From assembly GCF_009914755.1 (NCBI RefSeq), contig NC_060939.1: 64,000 nt of DNA. One strand, written 5' to 3'. The notes below the pieces were generated by a model that saw only the letters and a program-made list of their open reading frames with translations, did not search any database and was not told the DNA's origin. Position numbers and translations under genes: made by a program. Source of the stretch: the human T2T-CHM13v2.0 reference genome, Homo sapiens. Positions 12,470 to 28,100 of the stretch are shown here, one piece after another (positions within the stretch are counted from its first letter, which is position 1; every line of letters begins with the position of its first letter).

Positions 12470-15400
12470 CCCTTCCATTACATTCCATTTGATATCAATC
12501 CATTCGATTCCATTCCATTCGAGCACATTCCATTCGAGTCCATTCCATTCGATGCCATTCCATTTGATTCTATTCCATTAGTCTCCATTCAATTCCATTA
12601 ATCTCCATTCCATTCCATTCTACTCCAACTGATTCCATTCCATTCTATTCCTTTCCATTCCATTTCATTCCATTCCATTCCATTTCATTCCATTCCATTC
12701 CATTCGTGTCCATTCCACTCCAGTCCATTCCATTCGTGTCCATTCCATTCCAGTCCATTCCATTTGTGTCCACTGCATTCCATTCCACTCCATTCCATAT
12801 TATTCCATTACACTCCATTCCATTCTATTACTTTCATTTCCATTCAATTCCATTCCATTTGATTCCATTCCACTCGGTTTCATTCCATTTGAGTCCACTC
12901 CATTCCATTCCATTCCATTCCATTCAGTTCCTTTCCATTCTGTTCCATTCCATTCCGTTCCATTACATTCCATTCCATTCGGTACCATTCCATATTGTTC
13001 CATTCGATTCCATTCGAATCCATTCCATTCCAGTCCATTCCATTCGATTCCATTCCATTCATTTCAATTCCATTCCATTCCATTCCATTACATTCCACTT
13101 GATTCCTCTCCATTCCCTTCCACTGCATTCCGTTCGATTCCATTCCATTGCATTGCATTCCATTCCATTGGATTGCATTCCTTTCGATTCCATTCCATTC
13201 GAATCAATTACATAGCAATCCATTACATTCGAGTCTATTCTCTTCCGTTCCATTCGATTTCGTTCCAATCCATTCGATTCCATTCCATTCGATTCCATTC
13301 CATACTATTGCATTCCATTCGATTACATTATATTCGAATAAGTTCCATTCAAGACCATTTCTTTTGAGTCCATTCTATTTGAGTCCATTCCCTTTGATTC
13401 CATAACATTTGAGTCCATTCAATTCCATTCCTTTCGTTTCCATTCCATTTGATGCCATTCCATTCAATTCTGTTCTACTCGACTCCAATACATTCAATTC
13501 CATTCCATCCGATTCCATTACATTCTTTTCATTTCTTATCCATTTCAAGCCATTCCACTCCATTCCATTCCACTCGTTTCCTTTCCATTCGAGTCCATTC
13601 CTCTCCAGTCCATTCCGTTCAATCCATTCCATTCCAGTCCATTCCATTCGAGTCCGTTCCATTCCAGTCCATTCCATTCGAGTCAATTCCATCCCATTCG
13701 ATGTCTTTCCATAACGATCCATTCCATTCTATTCCTTTTGATTCCATTCCATTCTATTTCATTCCATTCGATTCCCTTCCATTGGACTCCTTTCCATTCG
13801 AGTGCATTCCATTCCGTTCCATTTCTTTCCGTTCTGTACGATTCCTACCGTTCGATTTCATTTTGTTCCAGTCCATTCCTTTCGCGTCCATTCCATTCCA
13901 TTTCACTCCATTCGATTCCATTCCACTCGATTCCACTTCGTTCCATTTCATTGCATTCCATTCTATTCAACTCTATTGCCTTCCATTCCATTCCATTCGA
14001 TTACATTCCATGCGATTCCATTCGAAATCGAATCAATTACATTGCAATCCATTACTATTGAGTCCGTTTTATTCCAGTCCACTGCATTCTGGTCCATTCC
14101 ATTTGATTCCATTCCATTCTATTCCATTCCATACAGTTGCATTCCATTGGATTCCATGCTATATCTATAAATTCAATTCGAGACCATTGCTTTTGAGTCC
14201 ATTCTATATGATTCCATTCCATTCAAGTCCATTACATTTGGTTCAATTACATTCCATTCCATTCCCTTCCATTCCATTCCATTTGATATCAATCCATTCG
14301 ATTCCATTCCATTCGAGCACATTCCATTCCACTCCATTCCATTCGATGCCATTCCATTTGATTCTATTCCATTAGTCTCCATTCAATTCCATTAATCTCC
14401 ATTCCATTCCATTCTACTCCAACTGATTCCATTTCATTCTATTCCTTTCCATTCCATTTCATTCCATTCCATTCCATTCGTGTCCATTCCACTCCAGTCC
14501 ATTCCATTCGTGTCCATTCCATTCCAGTCCATTCCATTTGTGTCCACTGCATTCCATTCCACTCCATTCCATATTATTCCATTACACTCCATTCCATTCT
14601 ATTACTTTCATTTCCATTCAATTCCATTCCATTTGATTCCATTCCACTCGGTTTCATTCCATTTGAGTCCACTCCATTCCATTCCATTCCATTCCATTCA
14701 GTTCCATTCCATTCTGTTCCATTCCATTCCGTTCCATTACATTCCATTCCATTCGGTACCATTCCATATTGTTCCATTCGATTCCATTCGAATCCATTCC
14801 ATTCCAGTCCATTCCATTCGATTCCATTCCATTCATTTCAATTCCATTCCATTCCATTCCATTACATTCCACTTGATTCCTCTCCATTCCCTTCCACTGC
14901 ATTCCGTTCGATTCCATTCCATTGCATTGCATTCCATTCCATTGGATTGCATTCCATTCCATTCCATTCCATTCGAATCAATTACATAGCAATCCATTAC
15001 ATTCGAGTCTATTCTCTTCCGTTCCATTCGATTTCGTTCCAATCCATTCGATTCCATTCCATTCGATTCCATTCCATACTATTGCATTCCATTCGATTAG
15101 ATTATATTCGAATAAGTTCCATTCAAGACCATTTCTTTTGAGTCCATTCTATTTGAGTCCATTCCCTTTGATTCCATAACATTTGAGTCCATTCAATTCC
15201 ATTCCTTTCGTTTCCATTCCATTTGATGCCATTCCATTCAATTCTGTTCTACTCGACTCCAATACATTCAATTCCATTCCATCCGATTCCATTACATTCT
15301 TTTCATTTCTTATCCATTTCAAGCCATTCCACTCCATTCCATTCCACTCGTTTCCTTTCCATTCGAGTCCATTCCTCTCCAGTCCATTCCGTTCAATCCA

Positions 15401-18400
15401 TTCCATTCCAGTCCATTCCATTCGAGTCCGTTCCATTCCAGTCCATTCCATTCGAGTCAATTCCATTCCATTCGATGTCTTTCCATAACGATCCATTCCA
15501 TTCTATTCCTTTCGATTCCATTCCATTCTATTTCATTCCATTCGATTCCCTTCCATTGGACTCCTTTCCATTCGATTGCATTCCATTCCGTTCCATTTCT
15601 TTCCGTTCTGTACGATTCCTACCGTTCGATTTCATTTTGTTCCAGTCCATTCCTTTCGCGTCCATTCCATTCCATTTCACTCCATTCGATTCCATTCCAC
15701 TCGATTCCACTTCGTTCCATTTCATTGCATTCCATTCTATTCAACTCTATTGCCTTCCATTCCATTCCATTCGATTACATTCCATGCGATTCCATTCGAA
15801 ATCGAATCAATTACATTGCAATCCATTACTATTGAGTCCGTTTTATTCCAGTCCACTGCTTTCTGGTCCATTCCATTTGATTCCATTCCATTCTATTCCA
15901 TTCCATACAGTTGCATTCCATTGGATTCCATGCTATATCTATAAATTCAATTCGAGACCATTGCTTTTGAGTCCATTCTATATGATTCCATTCCATTCAA
16001 GTCCATTACATTTGGTTCAATTCCATTCCATTCCATTCCCTTCCATTACATTCCATTTGATATCAATCCATTCGATTCCATTCCATTCGAGCACATTCCA
16101 TTCGAGTCCATTCCATTCGATGCCATTCCATTTGATTCTATTCCATTAGTCTCCATTCAATTCCATTAATCTCCATTCCATTCCATTCTACTCCAACTGA
16201 TTCCATTCCATTCTATTCCTTTCCATTCCATTTCATTCCATTCCATTCCATTTCATTCCATTCCATTCCATTCGTGTCCATTCCACTCCAGTCCATTCCA
16301 TTCGTGTCCATTCCATTCCAGTCCATTCCATTTGTGTCCACTGCATTCCATTCCACTCCATTCCATATTATTCCATTACACTCCATTCCATTCTATTACT
16401 TTCATTTCCATTCAATTCCATTCCATTTGATTCCATTCCACTCGGTTTCATTCCATTTGAGTCCACTCCATTCCATTCCATTCCATTCCATTCAGTTCCA
16501 TTCCATTCTGTTCCATTCCATTCCGTTCCATTACATTCCATTCCATTCGGTACCATTCCATATTGTTCCATTCGATTCCATTCGAATCCATTCCATTCCA
16601 GTCCATTCCATTCGATTCCATTCCATTCATTTCAATTCCATTCCATTCCATTCCATTCCATTCCACTTGATTCCTCTCCATTCCCTTCCACTGCATTCCG
16701 TTCGATTCCATTCCATTGCATTGCATTCCATTCCATTGGATTGCATTCCATTCGATTCCATTCCATTCGAATCAATTACATAGCAATCCATTACATTCGA
16801 GTCTATTCTCTTCCGTTCCATTCGATTTCGTTCCAATCCATTCGATTCCATTCCATTCGATTCCATTCCATACTATTGCATTCCATTCGATTACATTATA
16901 TTCGAATAAGTTCCATTCAAGACCATTTCTTTTGAGTCCATTCTATTTGAGTCCATTCCCTTTGATTCCATAACATTTGAGTCCATTCAATTCCATTCCT
17001 TTCGTTTCCATTCCATTTGATGCCATTCCATTCAATTCTGTTCTACTCGACTCCAATACATTCAATTCCATTCCATCCGATTCCATTACATTCTTTTCAT
17101 TTCTTATCCATTTCAAGCCATTCCACTCCATTCCATTCCACTCGTTTCCTTTCCATTCGAGTCCATTCCTCTCCAGTCCATTCCGTTCAATCCATTCCAT
17201 TCCAGTCCATTCCATTCGAGTCCGTTCCATTCCAGTCCATTCCATTCGAGTCAATTCCATCCCATTCGATGTCTTTCCATAACGATCCATTCCATTCTAT
17301 TCCTTTTGATTCCATTCCATTCTATTTCATTCCATTCGATTCCCTTCCATTGGACTCCTTTCCATTCGAGTGCATTCCATTCCGTTCCATTTCTTTCCGT
17401 TCTGTACGATTCCTACCGTTCGATTTCATTTTGTTCCAGTCCATTCCTTTCGCGTCCATTCCATTCCATTTCACTCCATTCGATTCCATTCCACTCGATT
17501 CCACTTCGTTCCATTTCATTGCATTCCATTCTATTCAACTCTATTGCCTTCCATTCCATTCCATTCGATTACATTCCATGCGATTCCATTCGAAATCGAA
17601 TCAATTACATTGCAATCCATTACTATTGAGTCCGTTTTATTCCAGTCCACTGCATTCTGGTCCATTCCATTTGATTCCATTCCATTCTATTCCATTCCAT
17701 ACAGTTGCATTCCATTGGATTCCATGCTATATCTATAAATTCAATTCGAGACCATTGCTTTTGAGTCCATTCTATATGATTCCATTCCATTCAAGTCCAT
17801 TACATTTGGTTCAATTCCATTCCATTCCATTCCCTTCCATTCCATTCCATTTGATATCAATCCATTCGATTCCATTCCATTCGAGCACATTCCATTCCAC
17901 TCCATTCCATTCGATGCCATTCCATTTGATTCTATTCCATTAGTCTCCATTCAATTCCATTAATCTCCATTCCATTCCATTCTACTCCAACTGATTCCAT
18001 TTAATTCTATTCCTTTCCATTCCATTTCATTCCATTCCATTCCATTCGTGTCCATTCCACTCCAGTCCATTCCATTCGTGTCCATTCCATTCCAGTCCAT
18101 TCCATTTGTGTCCACTGCATTCCATTCCACTCCATTCCATATTATTCCATTACACTCCATTCCATTCTATTACTTTCATTTCCATTCAATTCCATTCCAT
18201 TTGATTCCATTCCACTCGGTTTCATTCCATTTGAGTCCACTCCATTCCATTCCATTCCATTCCATTCAGTTCCATTCCATTCTGTTCCATTCCATTCCGT
18301 TCCATTACATTCCATTCCATTCGGTACCATTCCGTATTGTTCCATTCGATTCCATTCGAATCCATTCCATTCCAGTCCATTCCATTCGATTCCATTCCAT

Positions 18401-19150
18401 TCATTTCAATTCCATTCCATTCCATTCCATTCCATTCCACTTGATTCCTCTCCATTCCCTTCCACTGCATTCCGTTCGATTCCTTTCCATTGCATTGCAT
18501 TCCATTCCATTGGATTGCATTCCATTCCATTCCATTCCATTCGAATCAATTACATAGCAATCCATTACATTCGAGTCTATTCTATTCCGTTCCATTCGAT
18601 TTCGTTCCAATCCATTCGATTCCATTCCATTCGATTCCATTCCATACTATTGCATTCCATTCGATTAGATTATATTCGAATAAGTTCCATTCAAGACCAT
18701 TTCTTTTGAGTCCATTCTATTTGAGTCCATTCCCTTTGATTCCATAACATTTGAGTCCATTCAATTCCATTCCTTTCGTTTCCATTCCATTTGATGCCAT
18801 TCCATTCAATTCTGTTCTACTCGACTCCAATACATTCAATTCCATTCCATCCGATTCCATTACATTCTTTTCATTTCTTATCCATTTCAAGCCATTCCAC
18901 TCCATTCCATTCCACTCGTTTCCTTTCCATTCGAGTCCATTCCTCTCCAGTCCATTCCGTTCAATCCATTCCATTCCAGTCCATTCCATTCGAGTCCGTT
19001 CCATTCCAGTCCATTCCATTCGAGTCAATTCCATTCCATTCGATGTCTTTCCATAACGATCCATTCCATTCTATTCCTTTCGATTCCATTCCATTCTATT
19101 TCATTCCATTCGATTCCCTTCCATTGGACTCCTTTCCATTCGATTGCATT
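12470..19150 (+). repeat. Dimeric 3,568-bp (1794+1774) local periodicity, U7-U11
   Basis: Unit lengths alternate 1774/1794 from 9138 to 19842. Variants shared at offset 3568: CTTCCATTACATT (12480/16048), CCTTTTGATT (about 13735/17303), CGATTAGATTA (15094/18662), TTCGATTGCA (15571/19139). Confidence 0.8.
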
Positions 19151-22100
19151 CCATTCCGTTCCATTTCTTTCCGTTCTGTACGATTCCTACCGTTCGATTT
19201 CATTTTGTTCCAGTCCATTCCTTTCGCGTCCATTCCATTCCATTTCACTCCATTCGATTCCATTCCACTCGATTCCACTTCGTTCCATTTCATTGCATTC
19301 CATTCTATTCAACTCTATTGCCTTCCATTCCATTCCATTCGATTACATTCCATGCGATTCCATTCGAAATCGAATCAATTACATTGCAATCCATTACTAT
19401 TGAGTCCGTTTTATTCCAGTCCACTGCATTCTGGTCCATTCCATTTGATTCCATTCCATTCTATTCCATTCCATACAGTTGCATTCCATTGGATTCCATG
19501 CTATATCTATAAATTCAATTCGAGACCATTGCTTTTGAGTCCATTCTATATGATTCCATTCCATTCAAGTCCATTACATTTGGTTCAATTCCATTCCATT
19601 CCATTCCGTTCCATTCCATTCCATTTGATATCAATCCATTCGATTCCATTCCATTCGAGCATATTCCATTCGAGTCCATTCCATTCGATGCCATTCCATT
19701 TGATTCTATTCCATTAGTCTCCATTCAATTCCATTAATCTCCATTCCATTCCATTCTACTCCAACTGATTCCATTCCATTCTATTCCTTTCCATTCCATT
19801 TCATTCCATTCCATTCCATTGCATTCCATTCCATTCCATTCGTGTCCATTCCACTCCAGTCCATTCCATTCGTGTCCATTCCATTCCAGTCCATTCCATT
19901 TGTGTCCACTGCATTCCATTCCACTCCATTCCATATTATTCCATTACACTCCATTCCATTCTATTACTTTCATTTCCATTCAATTCCATTCCATTTGATT
20001 CCATTCCACTCGGTTTCATTCCATTTGAGTCCACTCCATTCCATTCCATTCCATTCCATTCAGTTCCATTCCATTCTGTTCCACTCCATTCCGTTCCATT
20101 ACATTCCATTCCATTCGGTACCATTCCATATTGTTCCATTCGATTCCATTCGAATCCATTCCATTCCAGTCCATTCCATTCGATTCCATTCCATTCATTT
20201 CAATTCCATTCCATTCCATTCCATTACATTCCACTTGATTCCTCTCCATTCCCTTCCACTGCATTCCGTTCGATTCCATTCCATTGCATTGCATTCCATT
20301 CCATTGGATTGCATTCCTTTCGATTCCATTCCATTCGAATCAATTACATAGCAATCCATTACATTCGAGTCTATTCTCTTCCGTTCCATTCGATTTCGTT
20401 CCAATCCATTCGATTCCATTCCATTCGATTCCATTCCATACTATTGCATTCCATTCGATTACATTATATTCGAATAAGTTCCATTCAAGACCATTTCTTT
20501 TGAGTCCATTCTATTTGAGTCCATTCCCTTTGATTCCATAACATTTGAGTCCATTCAATTCCATTCCTTTCGTTTCCATTCCATTTGATGCCATTCCATT
20601 CAATTCTGTTCTACTCGACTCCAATACATTCAATTCCATTCCATCCGATTCCATTACATTCTTTTCATTTCTTATCCATTTCAAGCCATTCCACTCCATT
20701 CCATTCCACTCGTTTCCTTTCCATTCGAGTCCATTCCTCTCCAGTCCATTCCGTTCAATCCATTCCATTCCAGTCCATTCCATTCGAGTCCGTTCCATTC
20801 CAGTCCATTCCATTCGAGTCAATTCCATCCCATTCGATGTCTTTCCATAACGATCCATTCCATTCTATTCCTTTCGATTCCATTCCATTCTATTTCATTC
20901 CATTCGATTCCCTTCCATTGGACTCCTTTCCATTCGAGTGCATTCCATTCCGTTCCATTTCTTTCCGTTCTGTACGATTCCTACCGTTCGATTTCATTTT
21001 GTTCCAGTCCATTCCTTTCGCGTCCATTCCATTCCATTTCACTCCATTCGATTCCATTCCACTCGATTCCACTTCGTTCCATTTCATTGCATTCCATTCT
21101 ATTCAACTCTATTGCCTTCCATTCCATTCCATTCGATTACATTCCATGCGATTCCATTCGAAATCGAATCAATTACATTGCAATCCATTACTATTGAGTC
21201 CGTTTTATTCCAGTCCACTGCATTCTGGTCCATTCCATTTGATTCCATTCCATTCTATTCCATTCCATACAGTTGCATTCCATTGGATTCCATGCTATAT
21301 CTATAAATTCAATTCGAGACCATTGCTTTTGAGTCCATTCTATATGATTCCATTCCATTCAAGTCCATTACATTTGGTTCAATTCCATTCCATTCCATTC
21401 CCTTCCATTCCATTCCATTTGATATCAATCCATTCGATTCCATTCCATTCGAGCACATTCCATTCGAGTCCATTCCATTCGATGCCATTCCATTTGATTC
21501 TATTCCATTAGTCTCCATTCAATTCCATTAATCTCCATTCCATTCCATTCTACTCCAACTGATTCCATTCCATTCTATTCCTTTCCATTCCATTTCATTC
21601 CATTCCATTCCATTTCATTCCATTCCATTCCATTCGTGTCCATTCCACCCCAGTCCATTCCATTCGTGTCCATTCCATTCCAGTCCATTCCATTTGTGTC
21701 CACTGCATTCCATTCCACTCCATTCCATATTATTCCATTACACTCCATTCCATTCTATTACTTTCATTTCCATTCAATTCCATTCCATTTGATTCCATTC
21801 CACTCGGTTTCATTCCATTTGAGTCCACTCCATTCCATTCCATTCCATTCCATTCAGTTCCATTCCATTCTGTTCCATTCCATTCCGTTCCATTACATTC
21901 CATTCCATTCGGTACCATTCCATATTGTTCCATTCGATTCCATTCGAATCCATTCCATTCCAGTCCATTCCAATCGATTCCATTCCATTCATTTCAATTC
22001 CATTCCATTCCATTCCATTACATTCCACTTGATTCCTCTCCATTCCCTTCCACTGCATTCCGTTCGATTCCATTCCATTGGATTGCATTCCATTCGATTC

Positions 22101-25100
22101 CATTCCATTCGAATCAATTACACAGCAATCCATTACTTTCGAGTCTATTCTATTCCGTTCCATTCGATTTCGTTCCAATCCATTCGACTCCATTCCATTC
22201 GATTCCATTCCATACTATTGCATTCCATTCGATTACATTATATTCGAATAAGTTCCATTCAAGACCATTTCTTTTGAGTCCATTCTATTTGAGTCCATTC
22301 CCTTTGATTCCATAACATTTGAGTCCATTCAATTCCATTCCTTTCGTTTCCATTCCATTTGATGCCATTCCATTCAATTCTGTTCTACTCGACTCCAATA
22401 CATTCAATTCCATTCCATCCGATTCCATTACATTCTTTTCATTTCTTATCCATTTCAAGCCATTCCACTCCATTCCATTCCACTCGTTTCCTTTCCATTC
22501 GCGTCCATTCCTCTCCAGTCCATTCCGTTCAATCCATTCCATTCCAGTCCATTCCATTCGAGTCCGTTCCATTCCAGTCCATTCCATTCGAGTCAATTCC
22601 ATCCCATTCGATGTCTTTCCATAACGATCCATTCCATTCTATTCCTTTCGATTCCATTCCATTCTATTTTATTCCATTCGATTCCCTTCCATTGGACTCC
22701 TTTCCATTCGAGTGCATTCCATTCCGTTCCATTTCTTTCCGTTCTGTACGATTCCTACCGTTCGATTTCATTTTGTTCCAGTCCATTCCTTTCGCGTCCA
22801 TTCCATTCCATTTCACTCCATTCGATTCCATTCCACTCGATTCCACTTCGTTCCATTTCATTGCATTCCATTCTATTCAACTCTATTGCCTTCCATTCCA
22901 TTCCATTCGATTACATTCCATGCGATTCCATTCGAAATCGAATCAATTACATTGCAATCCATTACTATTGAGTCCGTTTTATTCCAGTCCACTGCATTCT
23001 GGTCCATTCCATTTGATTCCATTCCATTCTATTCCATTCCATACAGTTGCATTCCATTGGATTCCATGCTATATCTATAAATTCAATTCGAGACCATTGC
23101 TTTTGAGTCCATTCTATATGATTCCATTCCATTCAAGTCCATTACATTTGGTTCAATTCCATTCCATTCCATTCCCTTCCATTCCATTCCATTTGATATC
23201 AATCCATTCGATTCCATTCCATTCGAGCACATTCCATTCGAGTCCATTCCATTCGATGCCATTCCATTTGATTCTATTCCATTAGTCTCCATTCAATTCC
23301 ATTAATCTCCATTCCATTCCATTCTACTCCAACTGATTCCATTCCATTCTATTCCTTTCCATTCCATTTCATTCCATTCCATTCCATTTAATTCCATTCC
23401 ATTCCATTCGTGTCCATTCCACTCCAGTCCATTCCATTCGTGTCCATTCCATTCCAGTCCATTCCATTTGTGTCCACTGCATTCCATTCCACTCCATTCC
23501 ATATTATTCCATTACACTCCATTCCATTCTATTACTTTCATTTCCATTCAATTCCATTCCATTTGATTCCATTCTACTCGGTTTCATTCCATTTGAGTCC
23601 ACTCCATTCCATTCCATTCCATTCCATTCAGTTCCATTCCATTCTGTTCCATTCCATTCCTTTCCATTACATTCCATTCCATTCGGTACCATTCCATATT
23701 GTTCCATTCGATTCCATTCGAATCCATTCCATTCCAGTCCATTCCATTCGATTCCATTCCATTCATTTCAATTCCATTCCATTCCATTCCATTCCATTAC
23801 ATTCCACTTGATTCCTCTCCATTCCCTTCCACTGCATTCCGTTCGATTCCATTCCATTGCATTGCATTCCATTCCATTGGATTGCATTCCATTCGATTCC
23901 ATTCCATTCGAATCAATTACATAGCAATCCATTACATTCGAGTCTATTCTATTCCGTTCCATTCGATTTCGTTCCAATCCATTCGATTCCATTCCATTCG
24001 ATTCCATTCCATACTATTGCATTCCATTCGATTACATTATATTCGAATAAGTTCCATTCAAGACCATTTCTTTTGAGTCCATTCTATTTGAGTCCATTCC
24101 CTTTGATTCCATAACATTTGAGTCCATTCAATTCCATTCCTTTCGTTTCCATTCCATTTGATGCCATTCCATTCAATTCTGTTCTACTCGACTCCAATAC
24201 ATTCAATTCCATTCCATCCGATTCCATTACATTCTTTTCATTTCTTATCCATTTCAAGCCATTCCACTCCATTCCATTCCACTCGTTTCCTTTCCATTCG
24301 AGTCCATTCCTCTCCAGTCCATTCCGTTCAATCCATTCCATTCCAGTCCATTCCATTCGAGTCCGTTCCATTCCAGTCCATTCCATTCGAGTCAATTCCA
24401 TTCCATTCGATGTCTTTCCATAACGATCCATTCCATTCTATTCCTTTCGATTCCATTCCATTCTATTTCATTCCATTCGATTCCCTTCCATTGGACTCCT
24501 TTCCATTCGAGTGCATTCCATTCCTTTCCATTTCTTTCCGTTCTGTACGATTCGTACCGTTCGATTTCATTTTGTTCCAGTCCATTCCTTTCGCGTCCAT
24601 TCCATTCCATTTCACTCCATTCGATTCCATTCCACTCGATTCCACTTCGTTCCATTTCATTGCATTCCATTCTATTCAACTCTATTGCCTTCCATTCCAT
24701 TCCATTCGATTACATTCCATGCGATTCCATTCGAAATCGAATCAATTACATTGCAATCCATTACTATTGAGTCCGTTTTATTCCAGTCCACTGCATTCTG
24801 TTCCATTCCATTTGATTCCCTTCCATTCTATTCCATTCCATACAGTTGCATTCCATTGGATTCATGCTATATCTATAAATTCAATTCGAGACCATTGCTT
24901 TTGAGTCCATTCTATATGATTCCATTCCATTCAAGTCCATTACATTTGGTTCAATTCCATTCCATTCCATTCCCTTCCATTCCATTCCATTTGATATCAA
25001 TCCATTCGATTCCATTCCATTCGAGCACATTCCATTCGAGTCCATTCCATTCGATGCCATTCCATTTGATTCTATTCCATTAGTCTCCATTCAATTCCAT

Positions 25101-28100
25101 TAATCTCCATTCCATTCCATTCTACTCCAACTGATTCCATTCCATTCTATTCCTTTCCATTCCATTTCATTCCATTCCATTCCATTTCATTCCATTCCAT
25201 TCCATTCGTGTCCATTCCACTCCAGTCCATTCCATTCGTGTCCATTCCATTCCAGTCCATTCCATTTGTGTCCACTGCATTCCATTCCACTCCATTCCAT
25301 ATTATTCCATTACACTCCATTCCATTCTATTACTTTCATTTCCATTCAATTCCATTCCATTTGATTCCATTCCACTCGGTTTCATTCCATTTGAGTCCAC
25401 TCCATTCCATTCCATTCCATTCCATTCAGTTCCATTCCATTCTGTTCCATTCCATTCCGTTCCATTACATTCCATTCCATTCGGTACCATTCCATATTGT
25501 TCCATTCGATTCCATTCGAATCCATTCCATTCCAGTCCATTCCATTCGATTCCATTCCATTCATTTCAATTCCATTCCATTCCATTCCATTCCATTCCAC
25601 TTGATTCCTCTCCATTCCCTTCCACTGCATTCCGTTCGATTCCATTCCATTGCATTGCATTCCATTCCATTGGATTGCATTCCATTCGATTCCATTCCAT
25701 TCGAATCAATTACATAGCAATCCATTACATTCGAGTCTATTCTCTTCCGTTCCATTCGATTTCGTTCCAATCCATTCGATTCCATTCCATTCGATTCCAT
25801 TCCATACTATTGCATTCCATTCGATTACATTATATTCGAATAAGTTCCATTCAAGACCATTTCTTTTGAGTCCATTCTATTTGAGTCCATTCCCTTTGAT
25901 TCCATAACATTTGAGTCCATTCAATTCCATTCCTTTCGTTTCCATTCCATTTGATGCCATTCCATTCAATTCTGTTCTACTCGACTCCAATACATTCAAT
26001 TCCATTCCATCCGATTCCATTACATTCTTTTCATTTCTTATCCATTTCAAGCCATTCCACTCCATTCCATTCCACTCGTTTCCTTTCCATTCGAGTCCAT
26101 TCCTCTCCAGTCCATTCCGTTCAATCCATTCCATTCCAGTCCATTCCATTCGAGTCCGTTCCATTCCAGTCCATTCCATTCGAGTCAATTCCATTCCATT
26201 CGATGTCTTTCCATAACGATCCATTCCATTCTATTCCTTTCGATTCCATTCCATTCTATTTCATTCCATTCGATTCCCTTCCATTGGACTCCTTTCCATT
26301 TGAGTGCATTCCATTCCGTTCCATTTCTTTCCGTTCTGTACGATTCCTACCGTTCGATTTCATTTTGTTCCAGTCCATTCCTTTCGCGTCCATTCCATTC
26401 CATTTCACTCCATTCGATTCCATTCCACTCGATTCCACTTCGTTCCATTTCATTGCATTCCATTCTATTCAACTCTATTGCCTTCCATTCCATTCCATTC
26501 GATTACATTCCATGCGATTCCATTCGAAATCGAATCAATTACATTGCAATCCATTACTATTGAGTCCGTTTTATTCCAGTCCACTGCATTCTGGTCCATT
26601 CCATTTGATTCCATTCCATTCTATTCCATTCCATACAGTTGCATTCCATTGGATTCCATGCTATATCTATAAATTCAATTCGAGACCATTGCTTTTGAGT
26701 CCATTCTATATGATTCCATTCCATTCAAGTCCATTACATTTGGTTCAATTCCATTCCATTCCATTCCCTTCCATTCCATTCCATTTGATATCAATCCATT
26801 CGATTCCATTCCATTCGAGCACATTCCATTCGAGTCCATTCCATTCGATGCCATTCCATTTGATTCTATTCCATTAGTCTCCATTCAATTCCATTAATCT
26901 CCTTTCCATTCCATTCTACTCCAACTGATTCCATTCCATTCTATTCCTTTCCATTCCATTTCATTCCATTCCATTCCATTTCATTCCATTCCATTCCATT
27001 CGTGTCCATTCCACTCCAGTCCATTCCATTCATTTCCATTCCATTCCAGTCCATTCCATTTGTGTCCACTGCATTCCATTCCACTCCATTCCATATTATT
27101 CCATTACACTCCATTCCATTCTATTACTTTCATTTCCATTCAATTCCATTCCATTTGATTCCATTCCACTCGGTTTCATTCCATTTGAGTCCACTCCATT
27201 CCATTCCATTCCATTCCATTCAGTTCCATTCCATTCTGTTCCATTCCATTCCGTTCCATTACATTCCATTCCATTCGGTACCATTCCATATTGTTCCATT
27301 CGATTCCATTCGAATCCATTCCATTCCAGTCCATTCCATTCGATTCCATTCCATTCATTTCAATTCCATTCCATTCCATTCCATTACATTCCACTTGATT
27401 CCTCTCCATTCCCTTCCACTGCATTCCGTTTGATTCCATTCCATTGCATTGCATTCCATTCCATTGGATTGCATTCCATTCGATTCCATTCCATTCGAAT
27501 CAATTACATAGCAATCCATTACATTCGAGTCTATTCTATTCCGTTCCATTCGATTTCGTTCCAATCCATTCGACTCCATTCCATTCGATTCCATTCCATA
27601 CTATTGCATTCCATTCGATTACATTATATTCGAATAAGTTCCATTCAAGACCATTTCTTTTGAGTCCATTCTATTTGAGTCCATTCCCTTTGATTCCATA
27701 ATATTTGAGTCCATTCAATTCCATTCCTTTCGTTTCCATTCCATTTGATGCCATTCCATTCAATTCTGTTCTACTCGACTCCAATACATTCAATTCCATT
27801 CCATCCGATTCCATTACATTCTTTTCATTTCTTATCCATTTCAAGCCATTCCACTCCATTCCATTCCACTCGTTTCCTTTCCATTCGCGTCCATTCCTCT
27901 CCAGTCCATTCCGTTCAATCCATTCCATTCCAGTCCATTCCATTCGAGTCCGTTCCATTCCAGTCCATTCCATTCGAGTCAATTCCATCCCATTCGATGT
28001 CTTTCCATAACGATCCATTCCATTCTATTCCTTTCGATTCCATTCCATTCTATTTCATTCCATTCGATTCCCTTCCATTGGACTCCTTTCCATTCGAGTG

